Shown here: positions 26,421 to 39,007 of the stretch, in pieces
How positions within the stretch are numbered: position 1 is the first letter of the stretch
Layout of the letters: every line of letters starts with the position of its first letter
NCBI GenBank assembly: GCA_030141605.1
Contig: JAQGDQ010000504.1
Coordinates: forward strand, 96,832 to 160,831
Origin: Tubiluchus corallicola
Taxonomy: Eukaryota > Animalia > Priapulida
Direction of reading: 5' to 3'
DNA: 64,000 bases
The notes under the pieces: generated by a model
What the model was told of the DNA's origin: nothing
The model's database searches: none
The model's input: the letters and a program-made list of their open reading frames with translations, nothing else
Program-made: the position numbers and the translations under genes

Positions 26421-26680
26421 CGCAAAAGAATAGTTCTGCTATGGTATCGCGACTTTGCAACGTATGAAAACGTCAGATCCGCTTTAGCAAGGTTCGCGAA
26501 CAGTATTGAATGATAGATATGTCATGCATATATATTTATATACTACGTGATCCCGTTAGTAATGTGATTACCATAAACTATGAATTTTATTTCACATATC
26601 AAAAAATACAATATCACCTTGCTTAAATGAAAAAATGATTATCTCTTATATTAATATTCTTGGTATATATATATATTTAT

Positions 26681-27333
26681 TTATATATATATAAGATTCG
26701 AGGCTACAGCCCGGACGAGGGCACCATTTGCGGCGATTTATATATCAAACGAAAGGTCTCGATCTAGTGTCGTGCCATTGATGGTTTATTTTTCGAATCG
26801 GGCCCACCGGGAGGAACGGGGGGCGAAAAACCTCCCAAAATGGCCGTTTTTCGGCCGTTTTTTGCAAAAGTTATACGGCTGAGATGTAGAGAACGGGAAC
26901 GGGTCGAGGGTGGTGCTGGGTATGGATAGATAGCCCGTTCAGCGGTGCGTGTAGTAGGCATATTTAGAATTTGCGAGAGGGCCACGGGGTCCCGCAACGG
27001 GCGTTTTCCCGGACCCAACTCGCGATTTTTTCGAAATTTTGACCAAACAGCCTGCGGAAAAAACGTTCTAGCGGCGCCCGGTGGGACTCTCGGAAGGAGA
27101 TATATAGCTCTTTACAAAGAGGATGGACAGGGCTACACGATGATGTGGGCTATATTTTAGGGCAGGTCCACCGAGAGGAGTATCAACGAGTTAGTTAGGA
27201 GTTCTATTTTCGGCAATTTTCGCTTAGAAAACTATTGACGCAAAGGCATTGTTGTGACGTCATCCATTGTATTCTGTCTATAATCTTATAACTTTAATTC
27301 AGCAAAAAGCTGCCTGCTACGGGTTTGCGTTAG
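26681..27333 (+). mobile_element. Non-autonomous Helitron-like element; a second copy of its 3' end is at ~41651-41740
   Basis: Starts in TATATATATAAG, has a GC-rich body and no TIRs, and ends GCCTGCTACGGGTTTGCGTTAG|T (degenerate hairpin plus CTAG-like end). The last ~95 nt are repeated at 41651-41740 and end there in GCGCTAG. Confidence 0.55.
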
Positions 27334-27604
27334 TTAAACAAACGGTATGCAGGATGTTACGGGCGTTGTGTTATAAATGAGGACTGTGTAGGACGTTCGC
27401 GTATTATTGATTACACGTGGTTTTTTATGCAAAATCTTTTGCGGGGCCTTTGCTATTTATTATATTATAGCACATAGTTTCAACTTTGTGAAAAATGTTT
27501 GGAATGGTTTTGTTGCAATGCTGTGCTGTTGGTGCTTGTGCTATAGGTGTCGTCATCGTTGCCACCATCATCATCATCATCATCATCAACATCATGATCA
27601 CCAC

Positions 27605-28450
27605 GTGAGGTGGTGGGTTTGATGTGGTGTGGTGGTGGTGTGCTTTGTGTGTTGTGCTATGGATGGTGTGGTGGGGTGATAGGGTGTGTGGGGTGTGGTG
27701 TGGGTAGTGTGGTATGGAGTGGGTGGCGTGGTGTGTGGGTGGGTGGGTGTTGTGGTGCAGTGCGGTGTGATGTGGTGGAGTATTATGGTGTGGGTGGTGT
27801 GTGGGTGGTGCGGTGTGGTGTGGTGCAGTGGTATGGTGTGATGTGGTGGAGTCGTATGGTGTGGGTGATGTGGTGCGGTGTGTGGGTGGTGCGGTGTGCT
27901 GCAGTGGTATGGTGTGGTGCGGTGTGGTGTGATGTGGTGAAGTGGTATGGTGTGGGTGGTGTTTTGTGTAGGTGGGTGGGTGGTGTGGTGCAGTGTGGTG
28001 TTATGGTGTGGTGCTGTGCGGTGTGATGTGGTGGAGTATTATGGTGTGGGTTGTGTGGTGTGGTGCGTGAGTGGTGCAGTGGTATGGTGTGGTGCAGTGT
28101 GGTGTGATGTGGTGGAGTGGTATGGTGTGGTGTGGTGCAGTGTGGTGTGATGTGGTGGAGTCGTATGGTGTGGGTGGTGTGGTGTGGTGTGTGGGTGGTG
28201 CGGTGTGCTGCAGTGGTATGGTGTGGTGTGATGTGGTGGAGTTGTATGGTGTGGGTGGTGTGATGTGGTGGAGTATTATGGTGTGGGTGGTGTGGTGTGG
28301 TGCGTGGGTGGTGCAGTGGTATGGTGTGGGTGGTGTGGTGTGTAGGTGGTATTGTGTGGTGCAGTGTGGTGCGATGAGGTGGAGTGGTATGGTGTGGTGC
28401 TGTGCAGTGTGATGTGGTGGAGTAGTGTGGTGTGGGTTGTGTGTTGATTT
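27605..28450. repeat. GT-rich (TGTGG)n-derived compound minisatellite
   Basis: TGTGG/TGGTG pentamers with longer recurring blocks such as GTGATGTGGTGGAGT. Confidence 0.93.
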
Positions 28451-28482
28451 GTGCACAAAATTCTTTTTGTGGGGTTTGGCTA

Positions 28483-28513
<31 letters not shown>

Positions 28514-28514
28514 C

Positions 28515-28547
<33 letters not shown>

Positions 28548-29272
28548 GCATTCTTCTGTAGATAACTTTATAATGTAAATAAGGATGAAGTAAATAATTT
28601 CAAAACAGCAACGGTATAAGAGCAATACAACTAAAAGTTGAGAAAGGAAAACATAATATGCAATTACGACTTTGAGTGAGCCTTAGAATAAAAAAAATTA
28701 AATAGTTACAAATTTGATTTATCTGACTATTTGACTGTCAATGCAGCAACAAGCAGTAATAACTACATATTTATACGATGATGTATACTGTTAATTGCAC
28801 AGGGGAGTACCATAATGATCCCTTAAAGCTATCAGTTAGTATGAGGAACTTTATAACATTCTAAATCAGTATACAAAGTAGATATATATTTATACACACA
28901 AACATATATACATTCATACACACGTATTACCTATGATGTGAAGCCTTACCTTTAAATTACGTCCTATCATGAAGCCAGGCGGGCAATAAAAAGATTGTAG
29001 CTTGTATAATTCTCTGGTCTTTACCAAAACTTGACCATCACCACCAACAACACCACTAATATCATCATCATAAGTTCACACATTGTCAACACATTTATTT
29101 AAAAATGTATGCAAATAGCACTATAAACAATAACCAACAGAACAGAAAATATTACTCTTTAAGTTTTGTTCACTGTGTTGTTGGTAATGATGACCTGGTG
29201 TGTTACTTATAACAACAGATGATAATGGTGTAACGACATTCGGAAGATATACGATTAATAAAAAATGTTAAG

Positions 29273-30114
29273 CAGAGCCGGATTTTGATTTTGTAGCCCC
29301 CAAGGTACAGATACTGTGAAGCCCCGGCCCACGGCGACAATAAACAAAAGCATGAATGTTGCATTGTTCAAAGCAGTTTATTCAACTTCAACATAATGCC
29401 AACATTACGCCCACATAGATAGGTACAAATCTAACACAACAAAAAGGAAAGAAATATTCTGATATGTACAAGATTAAAACAAATTTTTGAAACACTAAAC
29501 ATAATACTAACAAATTAAAATAAATAAATTAATGGTATTTTAACGTATATGATACCATAAGATATACTGTCATCAGTACTAATTAACTTTTAATTACTAA
29601 TTAAGTTAGTTTACTAATTAGTTAATTAATTAATTCACCAACGGACTCTTTGAAACTACAATAAATCTACGTCTTTATACTGTCATTAGTGCTAATTAAC
29701 TTTTAATTACTAATTAAGTTAGTTAACTAATTAGTTAATTAATTAATTCACCGACGGACTCTTTGAATTTATATTGTAACTACAGACATTTCTCTTTAAT
29801 AATAGTACATTGCAGACTTTGATAAATATAATTTTAACTACTGACTGAAGTCTAATAGGCGCTGACTGAAGCTCCAATGTATCAGGCTGAACTGATTTGC
29901 TGACTTGATTGAACCTCTCTAGTTGGCTATGACAGTCCAGAAGTCTGCGAAGTGAACTGTTTCCAGTTTTGATGGTTCCTTGAGCATAGCTTTTGCCTCA
30001 TATCGTTTAGAAACTTTTCACAGCAAATTAAATTCACATAATCTCTGGAGACCACCTCAGCTGACTGAGCCTCTGGGCTGCAGTCCATAAAACCCATATC
30101 TTAATATGGCACTG
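29273..30114. mobile_element. Degenerate hAT-like element with an internal ~117-bp tandem duplication (29565-29765)
   Basis: Termini CAGAGCCGGATT...AATATGGCACTG. No clear TSD. Confidence 0.4.
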
Positions 30115-30757
30115 TACTTGGTTAACTGTCTGTTTCTGATTTAATGCTGACTTCTGTAGCGTCTCCAACATGGTATCATACCGTGGACGTCAACACACAA
30201 GAAACAGAGTTCGGATGGTGACAATTTTGGACAAAATTACGCACGAGAGGTAAGAAAATACCGGTGTCAAAAAATTTAATTTGCAACCTTTTTTGGATAT
30301 CGAAAAACTTGAAAGACACTCAAATTTCACTGTCATTTTTTGAGTCCACACTATCCGTCAATATTGACAGAGTCGAGAATGACAGTGTTTTGAATGATCG
30401 TGTGGACGGCCTATTATACATCTGTACACATGTTACTATAAAGTGTGTTATCGCCCTACAATATTATTATAATCCCTAAAATTTAATTCCTAAAACACCA
30501 CGTTCATTTGGAGTGCTCTGAAGAAATAATTAGTTCTTGAGTACAAACCGGGTCACTTGCAGCTTGGCATCTTGTGTACATAATAATAAATATTATATTA
30601 AATGCTTTTGAAGTGCCATGCTGTAAAGATTGTTGTAGTTGTATTTAATAAATAAACAAAATAAAAAAAGATCTAAAAACAGATTTAGTCAGATCCTGCA
30701 TTTAGCCAGTAAGTAATACATAGTCATTAATTTATTATCTATGGTCTGTAGTGTTTA

Positions 30758-33700
30758 TCACAATGACGAATTTTGCCCAACCCACCATTCTTCATCTGTA
30801 ATAAAGGATTCGTTGTGACACGGTTTTAATCTGCTCTTACTATAATCAGGCTTCGGTTGAAAACAATGTCGAACACGTCTCGGGGCACCGCGCCCCACCG
30901 TGGTCGTTTTTTCAACTACATCCCACACTTTTTTCAACGCCGCAGGGTACACGGCATGCGCAACAATGGCGTCGTCACACAGGGTTGCACTGAGATTCGA
31001 TTTCATATTGAAAGACATCAGTATTCTCGAGTTGTCGTTAATATATGTCACATTTGGCATATTGTCGAGCCACATGGCCACCGAGAGTCCTCCGAATGGA
31101 CCGCACATCAGAGTTTTTGAGCGCAAACGAGACAGAATGTCCTTGACGATGCCTTCAGAAAGGAGAAGAAAAAATTCGTCCATGCGATTGGCTGCAATTA
31201 TACAATGTATAATTATTTTTAATCTGATGAATTAAGTAGTAGCAAGTGTAAAATTATTTTACTGCTACTAATAAAACTACATACAATGCAGTTATTGAAC
31301 TTGTATGGCAAAAGCAGGAATTACACACCCACAAACAAACTGTACACTGTAACAAACGAAAACACGTAATCTGACAAGCAAGGATTACATAGAAAACGTA
31401 TATTAATCTTAAACACTGGTGCAATATACATTAAAAAGTACAGAATACAGACCAAATTTGATGATAAAATAAATTGTTATAAGTCGATTTCAACATTATA
31501 GAAAAATTGTATAATGTCTAAAATTACTGCAATGGTAAAATATTTAATATTGAATTGAGAAACAGAACTAAACATATTGGATCTGCGCACGCAGGTTGAT
31601 TTTTGCATGAAAAAATAACAAAAGACGACGCCATAGCTAATTTTGCAGTTTCTGTGTGAAATCTGTAAATTTCACGTGGTTCAGGTGTGATATTAAATGT
31701 TTATGGGAAGTATTTAATGGTCTTTTTTTGATTTCGAAATGAAATCGTCTGAATCAGAAACGAAATTTTTGGCTGTCCAGACGTATGAACACTGTTATTG
31801 TCTTGACAGAGGGGCCAGGGTGAAGCCTTGTGGGCATATTGTGCCTTTAGCTTCATTTTTATCACTTTCTTGCACGGCCATTTTTGACCATTGGGATATA
31901 ATCGCTTTAATACAGTACTAATAATTTTGTACTGGCTAAAAAGATCCTATAACATTTATTTTATTAGATGTTTACATTTCGTTTTAGTCACTTAGCAACA
32001 ACGTTCCTACGTACACTGTGTCACGTGGCTTTTTTGTAATTTTGCATATTTGCTGTATATAAATGTATCTGCCGCGAACGTCGTACGCAATCGTACGATA
32101 ATGCGATATTAAACAGAGATTATCTAAATTTCTTCATCTTTTTTTATGCATCAGTGAACACTATAGCAGGAGTACTTTATTCAAACCGGAATGTACTTTG
32201 TTACGAATGAATTTTGATTAGGTTTTACCTAACTGGTTTAGGCTGTGGCATTTTACAAGATTTCTTGCTGGGTGTATGACCAAAACTTTGTTTCACTATC
32301 GTCAGGTAAATGTAATGTGTTTTTGCTTACTAATATTTAACTATATAAAATATACATAAAAGTCGCTATATAGCCGTTAGTGCTGATTTTGTCTGTTAAA
32401 GGAGAGAGAGTCAAGAAATCTTGTATTTGTCATTTTTTGCAATAACTCCTAGATCAAAAGTGAGGAACATGTAATTTTCTGTTGCTGAACCCATAGCGCG
32501 AAATTATGAAGTAAATGCAACACTCAATTTCACATCATCAATTAAACGTCGAACAAAATGTCAATGAATCTCAAGCTCTGCTGACTGTCCAATCAGCGTG
32601 CATATTTTTCACACGTACAGAGAACCGGTTCAATACCTCGTCTGTTAGGACATGAACTGTTACTATCTATTGTCCGTACGTGTTAGGTTCTTCTGAAAAA
32701 TGCTCAACTTTAATTAGTTTCCGGGACTGAAATAGCCTGGTTTCGTATTTTATTACAGGTTGTAAATTGTCTGTATTGTCGACTGAAATTGCGGGTGAAT
32801 TAGTGGAAATAAAATCCAATTTCGTTTTTAATAGGGAACGATAGATTATTCTGTTAGTAAGTAAGTAAGTTAATTCGTTTATCACCATTTTTAAAATAGC
32901 AAAATACATAACTAAGAGATTTATAAATCTGTACAACACACAATAATATTACAAAGTGCAAAAGTGATTATTGATTAGTAGTGAAAGGGTGGCGAGAGAA
33001 CTATAAGTTATCGAGGTAAGCCACCCTCTCAGAATTGTTACTAATATAATTGGTTAAATTAAAAATTATCAGATTTTGCATTTAAGACGAATGAAAATTG
33101 AATTATTATACGAACGTGTGAGTTTATAATAAAATAATGTTTAATAATGGGAAAGAAGAGACACACGTGACTATCATTAAATAATAATTTAACCATTACG
33201 TATTTAAAATTAATGTTATGAGGACCTAGAGCCAAAGGAAGAAAAAAATTAATTTTTCTCTTGTAGCTAGCACGTTAGACGTTAATTGTTGACTTGCTGA
33301 ATGTGATGCTAAAATTTTGGCTAGATTTATTAGAAAGCGTTTTGATTTATAATAATTTATTAACTAATGATTAATTTTTCATTAGTATCATTCTATTGTT
33401 ACGTAGACCAATAATTTATCCCTCCTAAAAGGTTGAAAGAGTAGATCGTTCATATTTCATCCCTGGAATGCAGTTTATTTAACGAATTTTTAACGTGAAG
33501 GTGTCTTAGTCGCAGCGTCTTTGATTTAAACTGTGATGATTTTACTGGATGATTTTTATGTAAACTGCTGTAAATTTTACTTGCCAGTAAATTAATAATA
33601 CTGTCCTGTCCTGTCCTGTCCTGTCCAGCCTTCTCCTACTCTACCCTATCGTTTATTGTCCTGCCCAGTCGTGTTCTGTCTGCTCCTCTTTTCTCTTGCC

Positions 33701-35000
33701 CTGCCCTGCCATACCCTATCCTGTCCCGTTGCATTTAATGCTATCCCGACCTGTCCTGTCCTGTCCTGTCCAGCCTTCTCCTACTCTACCCTATCGTTTC
33801 CTGTCCTGTCCAGTCGTGTTCTGTCTGCTCCTCTTTTCTCTTGCCCTGCCCTGCCACACCCTATCCTGTCCCGTTGCATTTAATGCTATCCCGACCTGTC
33901 CTGTCCTGTCCTGTCCAGCCTTCTCCTACTCTACCCTATCGTTTCCTGTCCTGTCCAGTCGTGTTCTGTCTGCTCCTCTTTTCTCTTGCCCTGCCCTGCC
34001 ACACCCTATCCTGTCCCGTTGCATTTAATGCTATCCCGACCTGTCCTGTCCTGTCCTGTCCAGCCTTCTCCTACTCTACCCTATCGTTTCCTGTCCTGTC
34101 CAGTCCTGTTCTGTCTGCTCCTCTTTTCTCTTGCCCTGCCCTGCCATACCCTATCCTGTCCCGTTGCATTTAATGCCATCCCGACCTGTCCTGTCAGGTC
34201 GTCTCCTTTCTTGCCCTCTCTGCCGTGCCCTGTCCAGTCAGTGAAGCCACGTCCTGTCCGGCTTAACCTTACCCTGTTTTGTCTTATTTTCAACCAACTG
34301 GCCACTGTTGTCGAGTTTTATGTTGTCATAGAAACGTGACAATTCATCTTGGTCTTATGTCTCTCATCTTTGCAGTACGACAATAGAGGAAACCGCCCTG
34401 TAACTTAGGTTGTTGCTAGACCTACTTACGTTCATTTTTTGCACAGTGTCTCCAACCCCAGGTTACTCTACCGATTTTCAAATTCTTTAGTTCACTTCTC
34501 AGTTTATTCAAACACAGAAACGTATCATCGTCAAGTCGTAAAAAATACTTGAAATCATATCTCTGTGAAGCCCATTGCATCATCCACGTTATTCTTCTGG
34601 CAAAATTCATCCCGCCAGGCGTCTCTGCCAGCACCGTGTCGCCGTGTCGTGTCGCTTCTCCCACCAACGGTCCAATCAGCGAATCGCTTAGTTTTTCCCC
34701 GAACTTATCCTGCGCATCGGTGAAGAAAAGACACGTGACGTCATCAAAGTTTTCGCACCATTTCAACCAGGTGGCGCGGATTGCCTCGCGTCTGACCCGA
34801 CGAGCAGGTGCACTCATTACTCCTACAAACAGCAACAGTTTCTTCTTGTTGTTCAGATGAAACTGGAACAAACTGCTTGTTTTTGGCACCATGTGTACCT
34901 TTGTATCTTCGGCAAGTAGATTTTCTTTCATGTAGAAATGCACGATCACGAGGAACAAGACGCACGCAGGAAACAGCGCATATCTACGTGGAAAGTTCAT
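30758..35000 (-). CDS. GT31-family beta-1,3-glycosyltransferase-like (B3GALT/B3GNT-like) type II membrane protein, 334 aa; exons 35000-34430 and 31191-30758
   Basis: Short basic N-terminus plus TM segment (YALFPACVLFLVIVHFY). GT31 motif LFVGVMSAP..RVRREAIRATW and DxD motif YFLRLDDDTFL. Phase-1 intron C|gtaagt...taattgcag|CC joins the two track ORFs in frame. Confidence 0.88.
33600..34200. repeat. 145-bp pyrimidine-rich tandem repeat, ~4 units, built on (CTGTC)n; lies in the GT31 intron
   Basis: Near-identical track ORFs start at 33696, 33841 and 33986 (period 145). Confidence 0.95.
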
Positions 35001-36272
35001 CGCGTACTGAAGAGCTCAAACATCTGTTTGGTCAGTTCCATCAACCAGAACGGGTTTCTTCTCTTTTTTGTTTACGCGGTCATTAAGCTGCGGACAGTGT
35101 ATCTCCTGTTTACCCCCTAAAGCAAACACAGGCGTATTTACCAATAGGCTAACTGGACAATAGCCTGGGATGCCAAAGTTTGAGGGGCGCCAAGTCTTCA
35201 GGAGAGAATGCAGCAAACGAAATGTTACGTACAGAAAGCCTTCACTATTTCATTCATGTTCCAAAGTCGTTTATTCTAAAGAGAACATTAACAAGTAAGA
35301 AAATAAATAAAATGATAAACAGAAGCTTAGTAATTACGAAGAAGTACTTTCTCAAATTTCAGAGATCGAATTCATAACTTAATTAAATTATTTAAATTCA
35401 TGTAACTTACATCGTTGGCTCTTCGTCAAGATTTAAAATTTCTCAAGGTACAAATTTGGTAATAACTAAACGCTGTTCTTAACTATAACACAATAACGAC
35501 AAAAAACATTGCTGTGAATAAAAACGCGGCCATCATTGTTCTCCCCCTGTCCTTTCCTGTCCTGTCCGCACTGCTCGTAGAGGGCAACACCTTCCAATAA
35601 ATAAGTGTCGTTATGCATACTGCAGTTACAGGAAGGTATAAAAGCTGGCGAGTCATATAGAGAACAGTAAGGTCATAATTTCAATTTCGAATCTAATCAG
35701 CACAAGATGTAGATGTAGATGGCTAATTAAGTTCCCTTAATTAGTACACACTGCAAACGTTGTAGTAATTATTTCTGTTATAAATAATTAGTTAATAACA
35801 GTGCACACGGATGGATCGTTATGAATAATGTGCTGATTTAAACTTGTATTGCCCCCTCGTTTCTGTTATAAACTGGTTTCCTTTTAAACAGGTCATGTGA
35901 CTGGTCTTTTACCTGTACACTTACCTGTAGATTGGAGTCCCCCAGGCATTCACACACTGCAGTTACAGATTGTTTAGCGTCATTCATTGATTCGTTGTTA
36001 TAATTTCATAATTACACTTATAGAAGATCACCATGTAAGTTGATTTATTAATTTCTTAAATCTTGAACCTTTGTTTATTAAAAACATTAGATTAATTAGA
36101 CTAGAGATCAGATTTTTATAATTTGCATAAAACTTTGTTAAAGTTAATTAGATCAATTTGGTTTAGATTTCGCCGTAAATTTGAGCAAAATTATATAAAA
36201 TTATCTTATTTGTTTCCAGATTAAACGATACAAGCTACACAATCATGTTGTTGGAGATAAGAATGTAGCACA

Positions 36273-36675
36273 AATAATTAGTTAATAACAGTCCAAACGG
36301 ATGAATTATAATGAATAAGTAGTTAATAACAGTACACACGAATGAATCGTTATGAATAATTAGTTAATAACAGAATGCACGAATGAATCGTTATGAATAA
36401 TTAGTTAATAACAGAATGCACGAATGAATCGTTATGAATAATTAGTTAATAACAGTACACACAGATGAATAGTTATGAATAATTAGTTAATAACAGTACA
36501 CACAGATGAATAGTTATGAATAATTAGTTAATAACAGTACACACAGATGAATAGTTATGAATAATTAGTTAATAACAGTACACACAGATGAATAGTTATG
36601 AATAATTAGTTAATAACAGTACACAGAGATGAATAGTTATGAATAATTAGTTAATAACAGTACACACAGATGAAT
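36273..36675. repeat. 41-bp tandem repeat, ~10 units; one dispersed unit at ~35783
   Basis: AATAATTAGTTAATAACAGTACACACAGATGAATAGTTATG repeated. Confidence 0.93.
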
Positions 36676-37215
36676 TCAGGCTATAACCTATAAATTAATT
36701 CCAGAAAATTGCAATAGAAAGTATAATTCGTGACAATCACTGACAAACAAACTTTGAATATGCTGGTTAGTTTGTGAGATAATAGACAAGCTGTGATCAG
36801 TTCTAGTACTTCGCTAACTAATCTATTATCTAGCATTTCCAAATTCTCAGGTATTATAATTTCAATAAGCTAATTACCTAATAGTATTATATTAAATGAC
36901 TATCCAGTATATACGTTCCCACTACGTCACGGGCCGAAATCAGGAGCTGAGCCGTTTACGGGGTTGGGATCGGAACCCTGGAAGCCAAAACATTTCCTGT
37001 ATTTTATGAGGCCTTTTTCAGAAACATAAATAAAAAAAATTAAACGACAAAGTAATATAAATTTCTTGATTTTACATTTTAAAAAAGCCCTAAAATAGTG
37101 AAATTTACAAAAGCACAGGCAGCGTAGATCAATGTTTGCAGTTCCTTCCCGGTCCCACCACACATTTCTTACGTTTGTGAGATTTCTGGAAACAGATGGG
37201 AGTAAAGGAAAGTTG

Positions 37216-37624
37216 TGTTAAATAATGATTTTGATTAAATTGGTGATTAAATTATTAAATTAATAATTCAAGATTAAATGCTTGACGTGGATAGAAGCCT
37301 AGTTAGGTGTGGCATCACGTGACCAGCTGATGTTCGACCGGCTGACTCAGAAGTAAAGATTGATCATGTAATCCTTATGCGCAGAAGCTCACGGCGCATT
37401 AGGTAGTTAGACAAAAGTGTTTTGAGGCTCGCACCTCGGGGGAAGATTAGGAACTGACTCGCAGACGGAGGGCTGGCATTACTATCCTCTTATATTTACC
37501 GTGTTGTGTTTCATATTTAATAAATGTGTAGTTTATTAAAAAAAGTCTTGATAGTTTGCCATGCCCACGTGGCTACCTCACATGCCACGCTATAAACAAC
37601 AATAATCAGCAAGCAGCTTTAACC
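37216..37624 (+). mobile_element. Solo-LTR-like element
   Basis: Starts TGTTAA and has an internal AATAAA. It shares ordered blocks (gaagcc.agtta, ggcat.actatc, aataaa.gtgtagttt, atagtttgccat, caataatcagc) with the reverse complement of 44911-45229. Confidence 0.6.
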
Positions 37625-37649
37625 TCAGGACTTTAACCAACTGTTTTAC

Positions 37650-38312
<663 letters not shown>

Positions 38313-39007
38313 CCCTGTTTTAACTTGGCGTCATGCAAAGATTCAATAGCAAGCAAGACCTATTTCCATTTTTCCACTTAACATTCAACGTGATGGTCGA
38401 AATCAGAAGGCTTCAGAATTTTTCAAAAATCCGATCAGACTGCAGATATTTGGCTGAATTTCACGAGACTCTAGGCTTAATCACATGAGGCATCCATACA
38501 TGTAGTCTTAGTGATCAGCTGTAGAAAACATTCCTTTGTGATATCACAAGAAACACGTGAGAACAATGAATGAAAAATTTAAACATTTAGAACAGTTCGC
38601 GAGACGTCTCGTTATAGCTCTGGGATAACTTGAAAACTATTTTATTTTTCTGACGGAAATGACTAAGGTTGCACGACCGGAAGTAGGATTACGCATCTTC
38701 TAAAGTCCTCTTTCGGTATAGGTTACAGTTGTAACGACTAGCGTATCCTCTATCCTGTTGTTATTATTGACATCGTGTCGTGCAGTTAAGAAAACATACT
38801 ATTTTGCAGGAAACTTTGATGGACACTCCCAGTGGGAGTTTAACTAGAACAGGATGACCTATAGCCTCTATAAACAGTTTGTTCGGCCAGTAGTTACTAA
38901 GGCAGTGGTCAAGTTAATGTGCGCTTGGTCAGGAAAGATTGAAGAGTGATGTAAAGTGACCTCCTTGGTGATTTTGCCAACATCTTAAAGAGATTCAACT
39001 TCACGAA

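Noticed and set aside
27610-28625. His/Thr/Pro-rich and Val/Trp/Cys/Gly-rich ORFs
   Set aside because: Artefacts of the (TGTGG)n repeat, with no splice or start context.
33656-34339. Repeated Cys/Pro-rich 110-aa ORFs
   Set aside because: Products of a 145-bp intronic tandem repeat whose length is not a multiple of three.
36273-36675. Regularly spaced 41-bp repeats as a CRISPR array
   Set aside because: The variable parts are point variants of one unit, not unique spacers.
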